DNA of 62,134 nt, counting the filler, from Sphacelaria rigidula (lineage: Eukaryota), in the NCBI GenBank assembly GCA_964200075.2. It is 7 parts of 7 records of this genome, joined end to end, with 100 filler letters (N's around TTAATTAATTAA, not from the genome) between each part and the next. Parts side by side here need not be neighbours in the genome. Positions count along the whole stretch, not along the records: positions 35,565 to 44,354 come from CAXNAA020010088.1; positions 44,455 to 53,244 come from CAXNAA020010089.1; 5 more parts are not named here. One strand, given 5' to 3'. Positions 39,030 through 51,879 of the stretch are shown here, piece after piece (position 1 is the stretch's first letter; the number at the start of each line of letters is the position of its first letter). Under the pieces are notes generated by a model. It saw only the letters and a program-made list of their open reading frames with translations, had not been told where the DNA came from and made no database searches. A program made the translations under genes and the position numbers.

Positions 39030-42000
39030 AGAATCCCGCAACCTTCTTTGCACCCATGAGAGAGACGCTTGGTGTTCTACAAATGCTTGAAGTCAAGAAA
39101 GATGACAGAGAGGTGTGCAACCTGATGCTTGAGGGACTGTCGCACGAGTACAAGACTTTGCGTGAAACTCTTGAGGTGTTCTGTCGGAATAACCCATGGT
39201 TCATATAGAGAGAAGGGTCACTTGAGGAAGGACTGCCTGGCTCGCGTGATCGCTAATCCTACCCAGACCGGAAAATCCGAAGATGCCGAGGATGAGAACG
39301 GTGAGAGGTCTAGCTTGGTGTTGCTCTCTCACACCAACTTGAACAACTCGAGTGATCTGACGTGTCTGGTAGTATTTTACGATGCCATGCTGCGTGAGTG
39401 CTTGTTCAGTGATGATGCTGTTCGTAAATTATTTTCTCTTGTAAAGAAGGATAGGTGTGTCGAAGATTGGTATGCAGACACGGTTACTGATTTCCACATG
39501 ACTGACCCTCTCTCTTGTATGAAGGATGTAAAGCCTTGCCACAAGAACGCAAGAGGGATTGGTGGCGTGACTTGTGAGGTAGCACTCTGAAATTCTGGAG
39601 CTCGTGTTTGTGATTGCTGACAGCAAATTTTCCGTAGAGTTGGAGAACGTGTTGTACTCTCCTAACTTAGGGTATAATCTCTTTTCCCCCAGCGCAGAGT
39701 TTGATGGCAAGTCATGGAATGGCCTTGGTGGTCCTAATAGTGTGATGCCTGCTTACGACGGACATGTTACTTTCCAGAACTTCGATGGCATGCTAATTGC
39801 GACAGTGTATCGTCTGGGAGATGACTCTGTTTGTTCGGTGTTGGCTGCCTTCACTCCTTCAAACCCCAAGCATGAAAATAAAATGGATGTGAACGAGTTC
39901 CATAACATATATGCTCATTCACACGAGGGATTACTTCGTACTACTGCAAAACGACTAGGTACTGAGTTGACCGGTGACATGCATGCTTGTACGGGATGTT
40001 CGATGTCGAAGGATATTAGGAAAGGAATTGCTCATGAAACTCAAAGTAGATCGGAGAAAAAGTTGGGCAGAGGTTTTGTTGACCTGGAAGGGAGGAAGGA
40101 CGTTGCGTCCGCAGGGGGTAAACACTACCCCATGATTGTAAAGGATGATTTCACAAGGCGTGCATGGATGTATTCCCTGAGAAGTAAATCGGACGCTGGG
40201 AGTGCTTTCCGAAGTTTGTTTGTAGCTTCGTGACCCCGTGAGAGGATGGGGTACAGACTCGACTCAGATAGTCGATCAATGAACACGACTGCGATAGTCG
40301 ATCAATGGACACGGCTGACCGCCGATCAAGATGAGGTAGAAATGTATATAAAGCTTTGTTGATGAAGAGGGAAGGAAGGGGAGTGATCTCTGTAGGCACC
40401 AAGGTCTCAGGATGCGACAAGCACCACTCACGTATGTCCAGTCACTAACATCACAATATAAAGTCATCCTGCATAGTACCCGGAACTCAACCAGGTATGT
40501 TGTACCTTACCCTGACTTGGTGTATCTTACTGAACACTGCAGGCCATCCTACGAACAAAGTTTTCTTGCTAGTGTGCGTGCTGATAGAATCCCATCATTG
40601 GTTGAGATTGCTAGATCTGACAATGGAGGGGAGTTTTTCGGGGGGGAGTTTTCATCCGTGTGCAATGAGCTTTTGATCAAAAAAGAGTACACTCCTGCTT
40701 ACAGTCCCCAAAATAACGGTGTTGTAGAGCGTGGATTGGCATTGATTGAGGAGGCCGCTATGGCGGCTCGTATTCAGGCGAATGTTCTGTTTGAGCATGT
40801 GCAATTACCTAAGACTGACAGACTCTGGGCTGAGGCGATGCATTACGCTTGTGAGGCACTTAACCACACAGCGTGCTCTACTCACCCTGACTCTAAGTCG
40901 CCGTATGAGATGTGGTACGGAGAACCTCGTCCTGCTAGACCGAATCCTTCTTTGAAGCTGGCTTACTGCAGGTGGTAGCAACCGTCTAAGCTGCGACCGA
41001 AAGGTAAGAGTTGCTTTTATGTCGGTCCTGCGAGATACCACCCGCGTGATTGTCATAGAGTACTTACGAGGGCTGGGACTATTCAGGAAAGGAGAGATGT
41101 GACGTGGGAGGTGTTGCCGTCACAGCTCCCTCCACCGCAACTTTCTCTACCGATTGACATCACGGAAGAGGGAGGGGAGGAAAGTGACGACGATGTAGAA
41201 GCTGTAGTATGGCCGCTTGCAGGAAGGGGAATTCAACACATTCGTATTCGTGTGAATCGTGATGCAGTGTTACCCTATGGTTCAGGAATCGATGAGGTTG
41301 GCAGTGTTGATGCAGGCAGTGTAGGCCAGCCCCCTTCTGTTCCGTCTTCCCTCTCTGTACCGTCTTCGCCCGTGAACAACTCCTCTAGTAGGGCGGCTCC
41401 CTCAGTGTTTTCTCCAGCACTTGAGATAGATGGGGGGGGGGGGCAGGGAGGGCAGGAGACAGGGGAAGTAGAGACTGCGGGTCCGGGAAGGGATGATGAC
41501 GTAAAGTCTATTGGGTCGGGAGGGCATGGTGATGTAGAGTCGATTGGACCGGGAGGGCAGGAAGTAGAGGCGGAGGCACCTCCCCCAGCCGCTCGTCGTC
41601 CGAGGCATGTCGCTGACCTTGCTACTTTCAATACTGGTATGCGTGAGAATGATGAAGTAAGAGAAGGTAGAACTCGTGCGCAAATCCGTGCAGTTAATCA
41701 GTAGAGCGTGTCTGGCCTTGTGGCCACCCTAGGACCCATCTCCGCATCAGAGATAATGTATGCACTCTTAGCGGAACAGAGAGCAGGTGACGCCGTGGAA
41801 TTGCCGAAAGAACTCGTTCAGGATGTTGAGTCAGAACCTGGTAGCTATCAAGAAGCCCGGCAATCGAAGCACGCATAGATTTTGGATGGAGCCATGTCTG
41901 CAGAAGTTGAAGGCTTGATAAGAGCAGAAACGTTCACGTTAGTAGTAAAGATCCCAGTAGGCTGTGATGTGATTGATGCTATATGGGTTTTCAAATAGAA

Positions 42001-42660
42001 AGCAAACGAAACACGGAAGATAGTGAAGGCCAAGGCTAGGCTTGTAGCGAAGGGCTCCAAGCAGAAGTATGGTGTGGACTATCTTAAGACTTTCCCGCGT
42101 CTACTGCAAATACTGCATCGATGCGATTGCTAGTAGCGTTGGCGTGCAAGTACAACTTGGAATAACTTCACCGGGATATTGAGCAAGCCTTTGGTCAGTC
42201 GGAATTGGATCACGAGGTGTTCATCAAGTTGCCTCCTGGCTGAGTTTCGATGTCAGGAAAGGTTGCCCGTTTAAACAAGAGTTTGTACGGATTGAAACAG
42301 GCATCTAGAATATTTTTCAAGAGGCTAGTGTCGGACCCGAAAATGATTGGTTTCGAGCAGTCTCTGTCTGACCCCTGTGTCTTGCCATTCATGATGGGAG
42401 ACGAGGTGGTGGGTATGGTCGCGATTCACGTGGATGACATTCTGTATGCAGGAACCAAGAGTCTTGCCAAGGTGGTAGTGAAATCGCCAGGTGACTCTCT
42501 TCCTACGAAGAATTCGGGTGAGGTCAAGTTCTTTCTTGGTTGAGCATTTATAGGCGACCGCGAGGCTAGCACGATTGAGATTTCTCAAGAAAGTTACATC
42601 AGGAGTGTTCTCGAGAGATCCAATATTTGTCGCACCAGCTCGATCCCTGCTTTTCTTGCC
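39030..42660 (+). mobile_element. Ty1/Copia LTR retrotransposon gag-pol, decayed
   Basis: Gag (MLEGLSHEYKTLRETL) and Zn-knuckle remnant (EKGHLRKDC). Protease (WYADTVTDFHMT). Pre-integrase HH-CC (FHNIYAHSH..CTGC) and integrase (FVDL..DDFTR; RSDNGGEF; SPQNNGVVER). RT (KARLVAKG, LNKSLYGLKQASR, HVDDIL). Multiple stops and frameshifts; truncated before RNase H; own LTRs not identified. Confidence 0.96.
40217..40557. mobile_element. Solo LTR (341 bp) inserted in the Copia integrase
   Basis: TGTTTGTAG...CTACGAACA termini and a perfect 5-bp TSD AAGTT (40212-16, 40558-62). Excision restores AFRSFLASVRAD. Confidence 0.95.
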
Positions 42661-44280
42661 AACGATTCTGCCGCGAAACTACCCCAACATACAGCGGACA
42701 ACACTCGTCCCCTTTCACATTTAGCAGTGCCCTTTGTACCGAGCTTGCCAGCGGACAGTCCACAAGTTTCGGCCGGGCATGCGCCGATGCTGACAACATC
42801 ACCTCAACTGGACGCAGTTGCAGTTTCCCGAGAAGTCTTGGAAGTTCCCAGCCATTTGTCACGGCACGAGAGGAAGCCTCGTCGTCATGCCCCCAAGAAA
42901 GCGCGAGCATTGACACGTCCCCCTCCCGTCAGAGGAAAATTCCGACCTCATTCTCCTCCAAAAGCGGCGACTTTGAGCTCGAGGACATTGCCAGGCATCC
43001 AAGAGGAATCAAAATCGGACCTTTCAGACGGTACCGCTTCCTCCATTGATGGCCCCCGTGGCACTTCGCAGCAATCTCTCTTCAACGATGACCCTTGTAC
43101 TTCCAAGCCAGTCATCTACGAGATTGATCAAAATCCTGATTCACGCTGCCCTTCACGATCGGATCACACTCCCGCGCTGTCTACCGATACCTTCGAACCC
43201 CCAGCGGATCACCCGCCATCCGTCTTCACAGTCAGTCCGACTAATCCTGACCAATTCACGTTATCTGAACATGGCCCTGACGTCGTTGATGGTAAGGTGT
43301 CCGTTGATCTTGCTACCTTCACTACCCGCGTAGCATTACACTGCGATCCTTACACCACCACGCGCGCCAAGTGCGTCTCGTTCTTAGACAGCGGTAGTCC
43401 ACAGATATTCATCAAAGAATCCATGTGGAATCACATGAAGCAGACTAGCGCTGCTTCCGATGTTTGCGAAATCACCACCCACCCTCGCGTTTGGGGCGGT
43501 TTCGGCGACTCCAAAACACCTTTGACGACACGAAAATCTGTTCGTCTTCGTGTGCAATTTTTCCACAATGATACACGTTCGGCTAGTCTCGCAGTCTGGG
43601 CTTACATCGTCCCTGATAGCACCATACATCATGCTCTCCTTCTTGGCAGAGATAGCTACGTGCGGTTCGACCAACGTACGTACCGCACCCTTCCACCATT
43701 ATTGCCTCAGTCAGCGCCTCGTGGAGAACTCCAACTTGAACACTTTGGTACCCTCAATGATGCCTTAGCCTAAAAAAAGAATGAGCAGGCTACCGGAGCG
43801 GCTTACCACCTTCGGTACAATGGCAGTTCTGGTGTCACCCTTTCCGACGAGCCTCAACTCTTGGAAGTTCTGCTTGTTCGCCGCAACGGTATGCCTGTCC
43901 TCACCGGCCACTACCTTGCGGAATTACTACCTAAAGTCGGTGCGCCCGCTGGCACTGAGCATTTTGTCTCGGACGGCGACCAACTCCTGCCTCTCATAGG
44001 CCATGCTAATTTGGAACCTGGCAATGTCTTGGGCATCGCCGCGGCTCCTCTTATGCACATTCCTCTCGATACCTGTGTAGCCGACCCTTCGGCGCCTGAT
44101 CCCACACCACCGACTGATGGTTCTGTTCATTGCATTGATGAGCCATACTTTGATCTATTCCCCTCACCCCCGACTCGGATTTCTGCGGTGGAATCCGACC
44201 GGCCACCTGTTAAACCTCCTGATGAAGTGCTTCAACGCTTATCAGTCGAGTCTCGGGAACACTTCCTGCAAATGTGGCAT
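42660..44280 (+). mobile_element. Ty3/Gypsy-type pol fragment (retroviral-like aspartic protease and pre-RT region)
   Basis: CVSFLDSGSPQIFI ... VWAYIVPD....HALLLGRDSY in ORF 42727-43773, continuing after a stop and frameshift into 43861-44280; no RT core. Confidence 0.8.
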
Positions 44281-44354
44281 GTGACGCTAGCAGGTCTGCT
44301 AGTACTGCAGCGTCTAAATGCTGTTGAGGGACTCCCCAGCTCTTCTGGCCTCAA

Positions 44355-44454
44355 NNNNNNNNNNNNNNNNNNNNNNNNNNNNNNNNNNNNNNNNNNNNTT
44401 AATTAATTAANNNNNNNNNNNNNNNNNNNNNNNNNNNNNNNNNNNNNNNNNNNN
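44355..44454. other. Artificial contig-joining spacer
   Basis: N44-TTAATTAATTAA-N44. Confidence 0.98.
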
Positions 44455-44499
44455 AGAGGAAGCTCCTCGCCTGTGCCCTTTGTGTGTCCTCGCTCGGCG

Positions 44500-45100
44500 A
44501 TTACCAATCGCTCGAGAGATTGGCATCATCGATGTTACCAGCATGTACCCAATTTTCCATGTGCCAGAACATCGAGGTGCGGAGAGATTCCGTCTCTCCT
44601 TGCCTGTGGCCAGTGCGAAGATCGATTTCTCTCTGCCTCTCGTTCTGGACAGGACGCGCCTCTGTGCGCTGAAAAACATGTCGTTGAAAAATAGGGCAAT
44701 GCTCCCGTCACCGTTACTACTGTTCTCTGTCACACACATACCAGCAAGGGTGGTGGTGCAGCGAAAACAATAGATATATCCAATTTGAACTTGGGGGTGT
44801 TATTCATCGTTGATCTGTATGTGAGCGACCCTCTGGGCGCCCAACGACAAGAAGAGCGTGCGAGACGCCAGTTGGGAGGGGGGTGTATGAGACATCAGAC
44901 ACTTGTGGAGACCTTCTTGACATGCGGAGTGAAAAAAGATACCTATGGTGGTGACCTGACCGTTGCGAGCGTGGTGCAGAGGGGTACGTCCATGCTGCAG
45001 TTTGGAGCACGCGCTGACTGCGTGAACATCTCGGTACAGGAGCTTTCAAGAACTGATTCCGATGTGACGAGATCACGCACTACCACCTGGGGCGAGATAT
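44500..45100 (+). pseudogene. Probable Penelope-like element reverse transcriptase relic
   Basis: IIDVTSMYP..(~DV.SLYPNI)...GAERFRLSL...LCALKN, then VDLYV, ETFLT...SMLQF...VQELSR, which resembles the PLE RT and thumb order. YxDD not preserved. Confidence 0.42.
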
Positions 45101-45354
45101 GAAGCCACGAAAAACAAGGGTGCTCTATGATCAACCACTTGTCGTTGCATTCGACACCCACGCCATCAACCGTCAACCTCAAAGGTCTTGTGGCTGTGAC
45201 GCTTCAAGTGTGACGGTTCAAGAGACAACCAACTAGACTACTGACCAGTCAGCACTAGCGCGATAAATAGTTGGAGATAAAGAATAGGGGCCCGTAAAAT
45301 CATTCAAGACAATGATCGGATTTGGTTCACCCCCGCCTGTGCTATGCAGAACTC

Positions 45355-48001
45355 CACACGTGGACAGATAGCACCCTGTGGAGGGGGTCTACAGGGTTTA
45401 CGTACCCTGCGCAGTGTTTCTGGCGGGAATTTTACTGTAAAGTGTTTTCCAGCGTAGCACAGGACGCTGCACAGGGTTTCCGTACAGTGGTCATGAATAG
45501 TGTGCAACATAGGGTTCCGTCGCCCCGTGAATAGTTCATCGCTGCTGGGAATGCTGTGCAGTGTGTTTACGCACAAACACTACTCTTCACAAGCAGCTGC
45601 GGGCGCAAGGTACTGGCGGAAAAAAGAACTGATCAGGCTGGACCGGAGTCGAACCCTCGACTTCACAATGATGTCACATGCCGGTTACACACGGAGCTAC
45701 GCGTGGCATTCGTTACGGATTGGTTGAGTTTTTTGTACTTCTGAATTTTGGGGCGGCCCTCGAAGGTCCGTGTCAATAACACTGGAATCCCCCGAATTGT
45801 TTTTAGAGGCACAGGTGTAATGGAAATCTGAAATTTGGACAGCCGCTGCTGTTCGAAATATATCCTAATTCCAAACTTGGAATATAGTTGAGAAAGGATT
45901 CACTTCGAAGAGCTTCACCTGTACAGACAAGCCTTATATACACTGTATATCGCAGATGGAATTTGTACACCAAGAACACCTGAAATTAGGTGGAGAAAGA
46001 ACTTGCTCGCGAGCAGCTTCAGCTGTTCAAGTCCTGTATACTGCACGCAAGCTTTTGTTGCAGCTGACGCCATGTTGACATTTGGTAATTGACCTCGCTA
46101 ATAGATCCATACACCTGATGAAAACCCCGTAGTCCCGCGTCGACGAAACTAACACAATATACAGGGGATAATGAAACATCGATCTTATCGCATACTGCGT
46201 AATCAGGATGTATATTCACAACAATAAACTATACTGGACTGTACAATACCGTTGCATGCGGGACAGTGCGCTATACCGCCGTGCTTATACGTGCGGCGCC
46301 ATGTACTGCAGATGGCTGGCTATAAATACAATGTATAGATGCCTGCAGCTTATTTTGATATATGGGGCGGGTGTTATATACCGTCACGAACTCCAGTTTT
46401 TCACGCCCGTTCCACGTCATATATTTGCGCGCACAGCTGCTGCAGCACAGTAAGTAGGGCGTGCGAAAGGGAAGGGGAAACGTATACAGTACAGACAGCG
46501 CAGGACAATGTGTATATGTATGTTCTCTACCTACAGTGCGACGTGAAAAGGACTTGAACAACGTGCAGCATATCGTATACGCGCGGCCTGTATATGCTGC
46601 ACTACAGTATATGTTATATCGCGGTGCGTCCGCGATCCGCAGCATGCATATGATGGTGAGTATGTGTATATGCACACTTGTACCATAGGCGGCCGGTTGA
46701 TTGTTGTTCTTCGCACCCGTGCCTGCTGTATATATATGTATACGCACCCCGCAATGTCGTCGCCGCGCGATGTCGCGACCATGAAAGAAGTAGGTGCTCA
46801 AGTTTCCACCAACGAGAAATACATCATATCCACCCGCGCCGCACGGCAGTGCGTGTATGTGTCTATATCCCTGTGCCCAACCCGTGCTCTTTGTTGCGGG
46901 GTTGTGGTCGTATAGCTGGGCGGAATAATAACACCGTTGTGCGGGCGGGTGCTTTTGGTGATATTCAATTTGTGTGCTCTGATAAATACACGGAGTGATG
47001 GTCCATACTATTCATATACGATTTATTATAAGTGATATTTCTAAACATGGTTCGTCTTGGTAAACAATGGAAAACGGGGTTTGGGGGAAAATGTACATAC
47101 TTTGACGAGGTATATCCAATCGGTCGGCATACTCCCACCTTCCCAGGGGCTTCAAACGAAGCACAGGTGTGGACATACCCACGTATCCAACGTGTGGGAT
47201 CTCTGTTCAGCGAAAGTGGTAGAGAGCTATTCATCCTTCAACCCATGTATACATGAACTCGGGGGCAAATGGATGATTACCTTTCAGCAACTGTTTTTGC
47301 GTGTCGGATCCCACGCACCGGTGACGATGCAGCATGCGGGATTTGCCCAGCAGCTAACGCTGCTCGCCATGAATTTCGTTTCCCCCAATCTCTCTATGAA
47401 TGGGAGGGAAAATAAAATATTCATTTCGAGCTTCTTTTGCCGGTCAAATCCTGAATATGCCAGTGTGCATAGGATTTGCGCAGCAAAAGGAGCTGTTCGA
47501 AATAGATCCTTTTTCGCTCATCTCGAAAATGGGCGAAAAATGGATCGATCTTGAACAGCTTCTTCTGCTGTTCTAAATAAATTCTTTCCTTTGCCGAAAT
47601 TAATCGGGCGAGAAAAAAATCTGTTTCGGATCTAGCCTGACCTGCTGTCCAAAATAAATTCGTTTTCGCTCGACTCAAATCGGGTGAAGAGGAATTTACC
47701 TCGGACAGGAGGACAAGGTATTGAAGATATATCAATTCACAGATTTTGTACCAAAATATTTGGAATTTTCGAAAAAAAACACTTGAGGTTTTTTCACCAA
47801 AACACTACCACATGACTGTGCAGGGCTTTGCCGACGTGCCTACACAGGGCTGCAAATCCAACCCTGGGGAAATCCCTATCAAAACACTGCCACGGGTACA
47901 GATTTTGCATTTCACTGTCAGGGTTTTTTCACAAAGACTGTGGAGGACCCTGTACGGACCCTGCACAGTGCGCCCCACAGGGTGCTATCTGTCCACGTGT
48001 G
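45355..48001 (-). mobile_element. Non-autonomous CAC...GTG TIR transposon, copy 2 (2.65 kb)
   Basis: Perfect 27-bp TIR CACACGTGGACAGATAGCACCCTGTGG at both ends. ~47050-48001 is the reverse complement of ~13704-14590, and 45355-45495 is the reverse complement of ~14962-15102. Confidence 0.88.
45635..45700 (-). other. tRNA-like / SINE-head remnant inside the TIR element
   Basis: Minus strand TAGCTCCGTGTG (A-box-like) ... GAGGGTTCGACTCC (B box); not a complete tRNA. Confidence 0.5.
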
Positions 48002-48003
48002 CG

Positions 48004-48176
48004 TGGATAAGATAATATGTAAAGGGTTTTTTGCAACATATGGAATAAACGTAATGAGCGCCACAATGTCGAAGATGTCTTTATCAGGAGTAGGAACGGT
48101 GCTCCGTCTCGAAAGGCATGCGATGTCAATGGTCAAATGAGTAAGGCAAGCAACAAATGAGTACGCCCCCCCCCCC
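48004..48176 (+). mobile_element. 3' end of oligo(C)-terminated LINE family
   Basis: RVFCNIWNKRNERHNVEDVFIRSRNGAPSRKACDVNGQMSKASNK* followed by GTACG(C)11. Confidence 0.88.
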
Positions 48177-48710
48177 GTCAAAAACTCAAATCGTCGATCT
48201 TGGGGCCTGGGCCTATGTGTCCTGAGATTGTTTTTGCTGCCCCCTGAATTCCTTTGAGGCCCTAGGCCGAAAAGGGTTCTACTGGACCGAAATTAAAAAA
48301 GTGTCGTCCCTGTCCGTCCGCTCGCACAACGAAGGCCAGAACCACGCACTTCTTTTGCCGAATGGATTCGAAGCCGCGCTGCGCTAAAAACCCATTCCAT
48401 CGCTCTTCTTTTATCAATCGAGACGCCCTCAACAAGTTTCAGCTTCATCGGTGCTCATGGCGTTGTCTTTCGCTTCTGTCTGTGAGCGGTCTCAAGAACA
48501 GCCCAACTTGACCCCTTTTGACCACGGCTGGTCTTGATTGAACTTCTCAGACTTGACTGTCGCAACTTCAAACGAGGCACGTTTGGAGGTTGGAGGCATC
48601 ACACGCAGCAACCGGCTCTCCGAATCACTTTAAAATCCCTCAAGAAGGTTCAGCTTCATTGCTGCTTTCTCCTTTTTCTTCGCTTGTGCATGCCGACGCC
48701 GTCCGTGGCC

Positions 48711-50716
48711 GAGATGGGAGGAGGTCTTAAAGTACGTGACCTGATTGATTCGAACTACTCCCCGTGTGTCGACTGTCGACAAACGGTGAACGTACGGGCG
48801 CTGCTGGTCACAACGTCAGCGGGCGGCGGAGACGTATCTCGGCTTCCACGGTGACAAATGGAGACTGTACAGGTGCGACCTTGCACTGCTGAACTGTCTG
48901 TGCTTGCAGAGCTGCGCTTCGCACGAGGTTTGACAAGCGGATAAGAAGTGTTGACGCCGTATCCTGGTGCGCCTTCACTTTTTATCGCGAGAGGGGTTCA
49001 GCAGTCCCTTTCCGTCGTCGACCGTAGAGTCGAATTTTGTGTACCCACGACATAGTCGCTCTCCACTGTAGTATGAATTTATATCTCCTCGAGAAATGAG
49101 GCGTCCCTATATCCCCACTCACCACGCCAAAACGTTCATATGTGGGCGCATCAGCCGGGGTCATACAGGAGGAAGATCAACACAGGAGTTGTTCTTTTTT
49201 TGTTTGCTTTTAGTACTCCACCTGCCTTCTGCGGCGCCTGCCTTTATTTTTTATCGCGAGAGGGGTTCAGAAGTTCCTTTCCGTTGTTGACCGTAGAGTC
49301 GAATTTTGTGTACCCACGACATAGTCGCTCTCCACTGTAGTATGGACTTGTTTCTCCTCGAGAAAAGAGGCGTCCCTATATCCCCACTCATCACGCCAAA
49401 AGGTTCCATGTCTTTATGTGGTTCAACCGGCCAGGTTACCGCCCCTTTCCGCCGCCACCCCCCAGCTGAGATGGGAGGAGGTCTTAAAGTACGTGACCTG
49501 ATTGATTCGAACTACTCCCCGTGTGTCGACTGTCGAAAAACGGTGAACGTACGGGCGCTGCTGGTCGCAACGTCCGCGGGCGGTGGAGATGTATCTCGGC
49601 TTCCACGGTGACAAATGGAGACTGTACAGGTGCGACCTTGCACTGCTGAACTAACTGTCTGTGCTTGCAGAGCTGCGCTTCGCACGGGGTTTGACGAGCG
49701 GATAAGAAGTGTTGACGCCGTATCCTGGTGCGATGGTAATTTTATGCTGCACTACCGTCTGTGTATGTTGTCGTCCCATCTTCTCTGGGGGTTGGCTTCA
49801 AGGCACATAGGTTCGAACTTCGTGTAGTGTGTGTGTTGTCGTCCAATCTACTGTGGACGCCGGTCTACACCTTTCGGTATATGTGGGCGCATCAGCCGGG
49901 GTCACACAGGAGGAAGGTCAACACAGGAGTGTTTTTTTGTTTGTTTGTTGTTAGTACTCCACCTTCCTTCTACGGTGCTTGCCTGTATTGTTTATCTCGA
50001 GAGGGGTTCAGCAGTCCCTTCTCCTCGTCGACCATGCAGGCTAGACCAGCAAAGAATGCCGCATTTGCATCTCCAACCATAATTCCTCACGTGTACCAAA
50101 TCAGCTCGACTTGAGCATATCGCTGTGAACTGCAGACCAAGTTGCGTGCACGCTCATGGACAGTGCAGCAGGCAGCACAAAGCTGCACGTTGCTGAATGA
50201 AGTCCTTTTCACGTCGCATTGTGAGCAAAGAAAATTGATAGTCCTGGGCAGTCTGCACTGCACGTTGCCCGCTTCTCCTTTATATCCTCCTGCACGAAAC
50301 ATGCTCACACGCACTCAAGACACCCTGCTTGCAAGCATTGCAGACAGTACAGACTGTCTGTACGGTACACGAGAGACTATGTACCGTTTCACGATTTTCA
50401 CTGTCTTTCTTTGATCGAAAGCTTTAAAATCCATCCGGATCCAACTGCATCAAAACGATATATTTTCGCTTGAATCAATTCCACCGCCTCATCTTTTCGA
50501 TCGAAATAAAAAGTGCTACGATAGGCCCTGAAAATATGTTTTTCTCACAGAGGGAGGCTAACACAGGATTTGTTTTTTTTCAATTCTTTCGAGCACCCCA
50601 CCTTCCTTCTACGGTGCTTGCCTTTCTTTTACCGAGAGAAGGGTCCAGCGATCCCTTCCCTCGTCGACCGTAAAGTCGAACTGTGTGTACTCACGACATA
50701 GTCGCTCTCCACTGTT
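48711..50716. repeat. Modular tandem repeat complex (A-B-C-B-A-C-b-C-B)
   Basis: A: 48711-48971 and 49468-49732. B: ~48979-49132, ~49250-49401, partial ~49991-50033 and ~50629-50716. C: ~49139-49250, ~49880-49990 and partial ~50550-50628. Confidence 0.9.
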
Positions 50717-50718
50717 GG

Positions 50719-50820
50719 GCATGGTGTGAGAGAAAACCCCAGGTCTTCCGGATATTTGAACCCACGTCCTAACCGTCAGAGGGTTTCGAGGGTACCATCT
50801 GAGCCACCGGGGTGACCGGC
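50719..50820 (-). mobile_element. tRNA-derived SINE
   Basis: Minus strand GCCGGTCACCCCGG-TGGCTCAGATGG (A box, 50795-50806) ... GGTTCAAATATCC (B box, 50750-50762). Confidence 0.75.
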
Positions 50821-51879
50821 TACTGCTGTGTGTTCCTCAACCTTGTCACCCCTGTGAAACGTTTATACCGGCACACGACAGTTTTGTATGTTCTGTAAAT
50901 CCATCACACCCCTGGTCGACAACGACACCCCCGTGGGTGGATCGAGTTCGACGACGCAACATTTGAGATTTAGACTTGCTCTTCTCTCGCTACGCAAGAT
51001 ACTTTTCATCAACACGTCAATATTTGTCATGTGTATGGGAATTATCCCGGGGAACCGGTAATAGGGTTTGATGCTGCAGCCAATTGCGTGCAGAGCCGGT
51101 ATGTATGTGCGCTGTTTTTCTTCACGGAGATCAACGGCAAGACGCACCTTATCGTGCCATCGCTCCGCACTGAAACACAAATTCCGGCGTGCTGCCATCA
51201 GTGCTGTCAACAAGCTGTGTGTTTTGTCGTCCGACGTATCGTTTAAACGAACCTACACCTTGTCGGCACGATATGGCAAAACAAAAAAATCGCGTCTTCG
51301 CCGGGGCGATTGGCTCCTGCTGTCTTTTGTCCAGTCCTTTCAACCGTGTAAGACTATCAAACCGGTACGCAGAGGCTGTGTGAGACCTTTCTTAACTTTA
51401 CTTGCCAGTTTGTTGTTGTCTGAAACTACCTCGTACCCCTTGTCGACGACTCTGCAAGGTCTGTAAGCCTCCCGTAATCCCGACCCGGATTCAACATATA
51501 CACCCTTGTGCGTATATACGATGCAGGCAGCGTGCGGGTATTACCCGGGAGGGGTGAAGATTTAAACTCAATCCCCACCTTTGTTCTAAAACCTCGCACT
51601 TGTTCCTCAACCTCCATCCATCCAACACCCCTAGGTATTCAACTCCGTACACCCTTCAAGATATGGTTTCCTGTTCGGGGAACGGACGGGTTACAGGGTA
51701 CGAGTTGAAAGGGAAAGCGAAACATGATAACCAACAGGTATCGGACCGACTCGGGGGCCTTCATCTGCGCCGCCATCGGTATCAATTTGCAGGGCATCGG
51801 TCTATGGTGTCCAACCCTATCTCGTTTGGGGGCCGGTTTGTTGCATACACGGGGTATCTTTAGAGATATTATCCCTATA

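Noticed and set aside
13704-48001. Giant 34-kb element bounded by ~900-bp inverted repeats
   Set aside because: The two arms are on different concatenated contigs, and each belongs to its own complete TIR element.
50750-50820. Functional tRNA genes (also 12861-12933 and 45635-45700)
   Set aside because: A/B boxes are present but no consistent acceptor or anticodon stems could be folded; treated as SINE-type heads.
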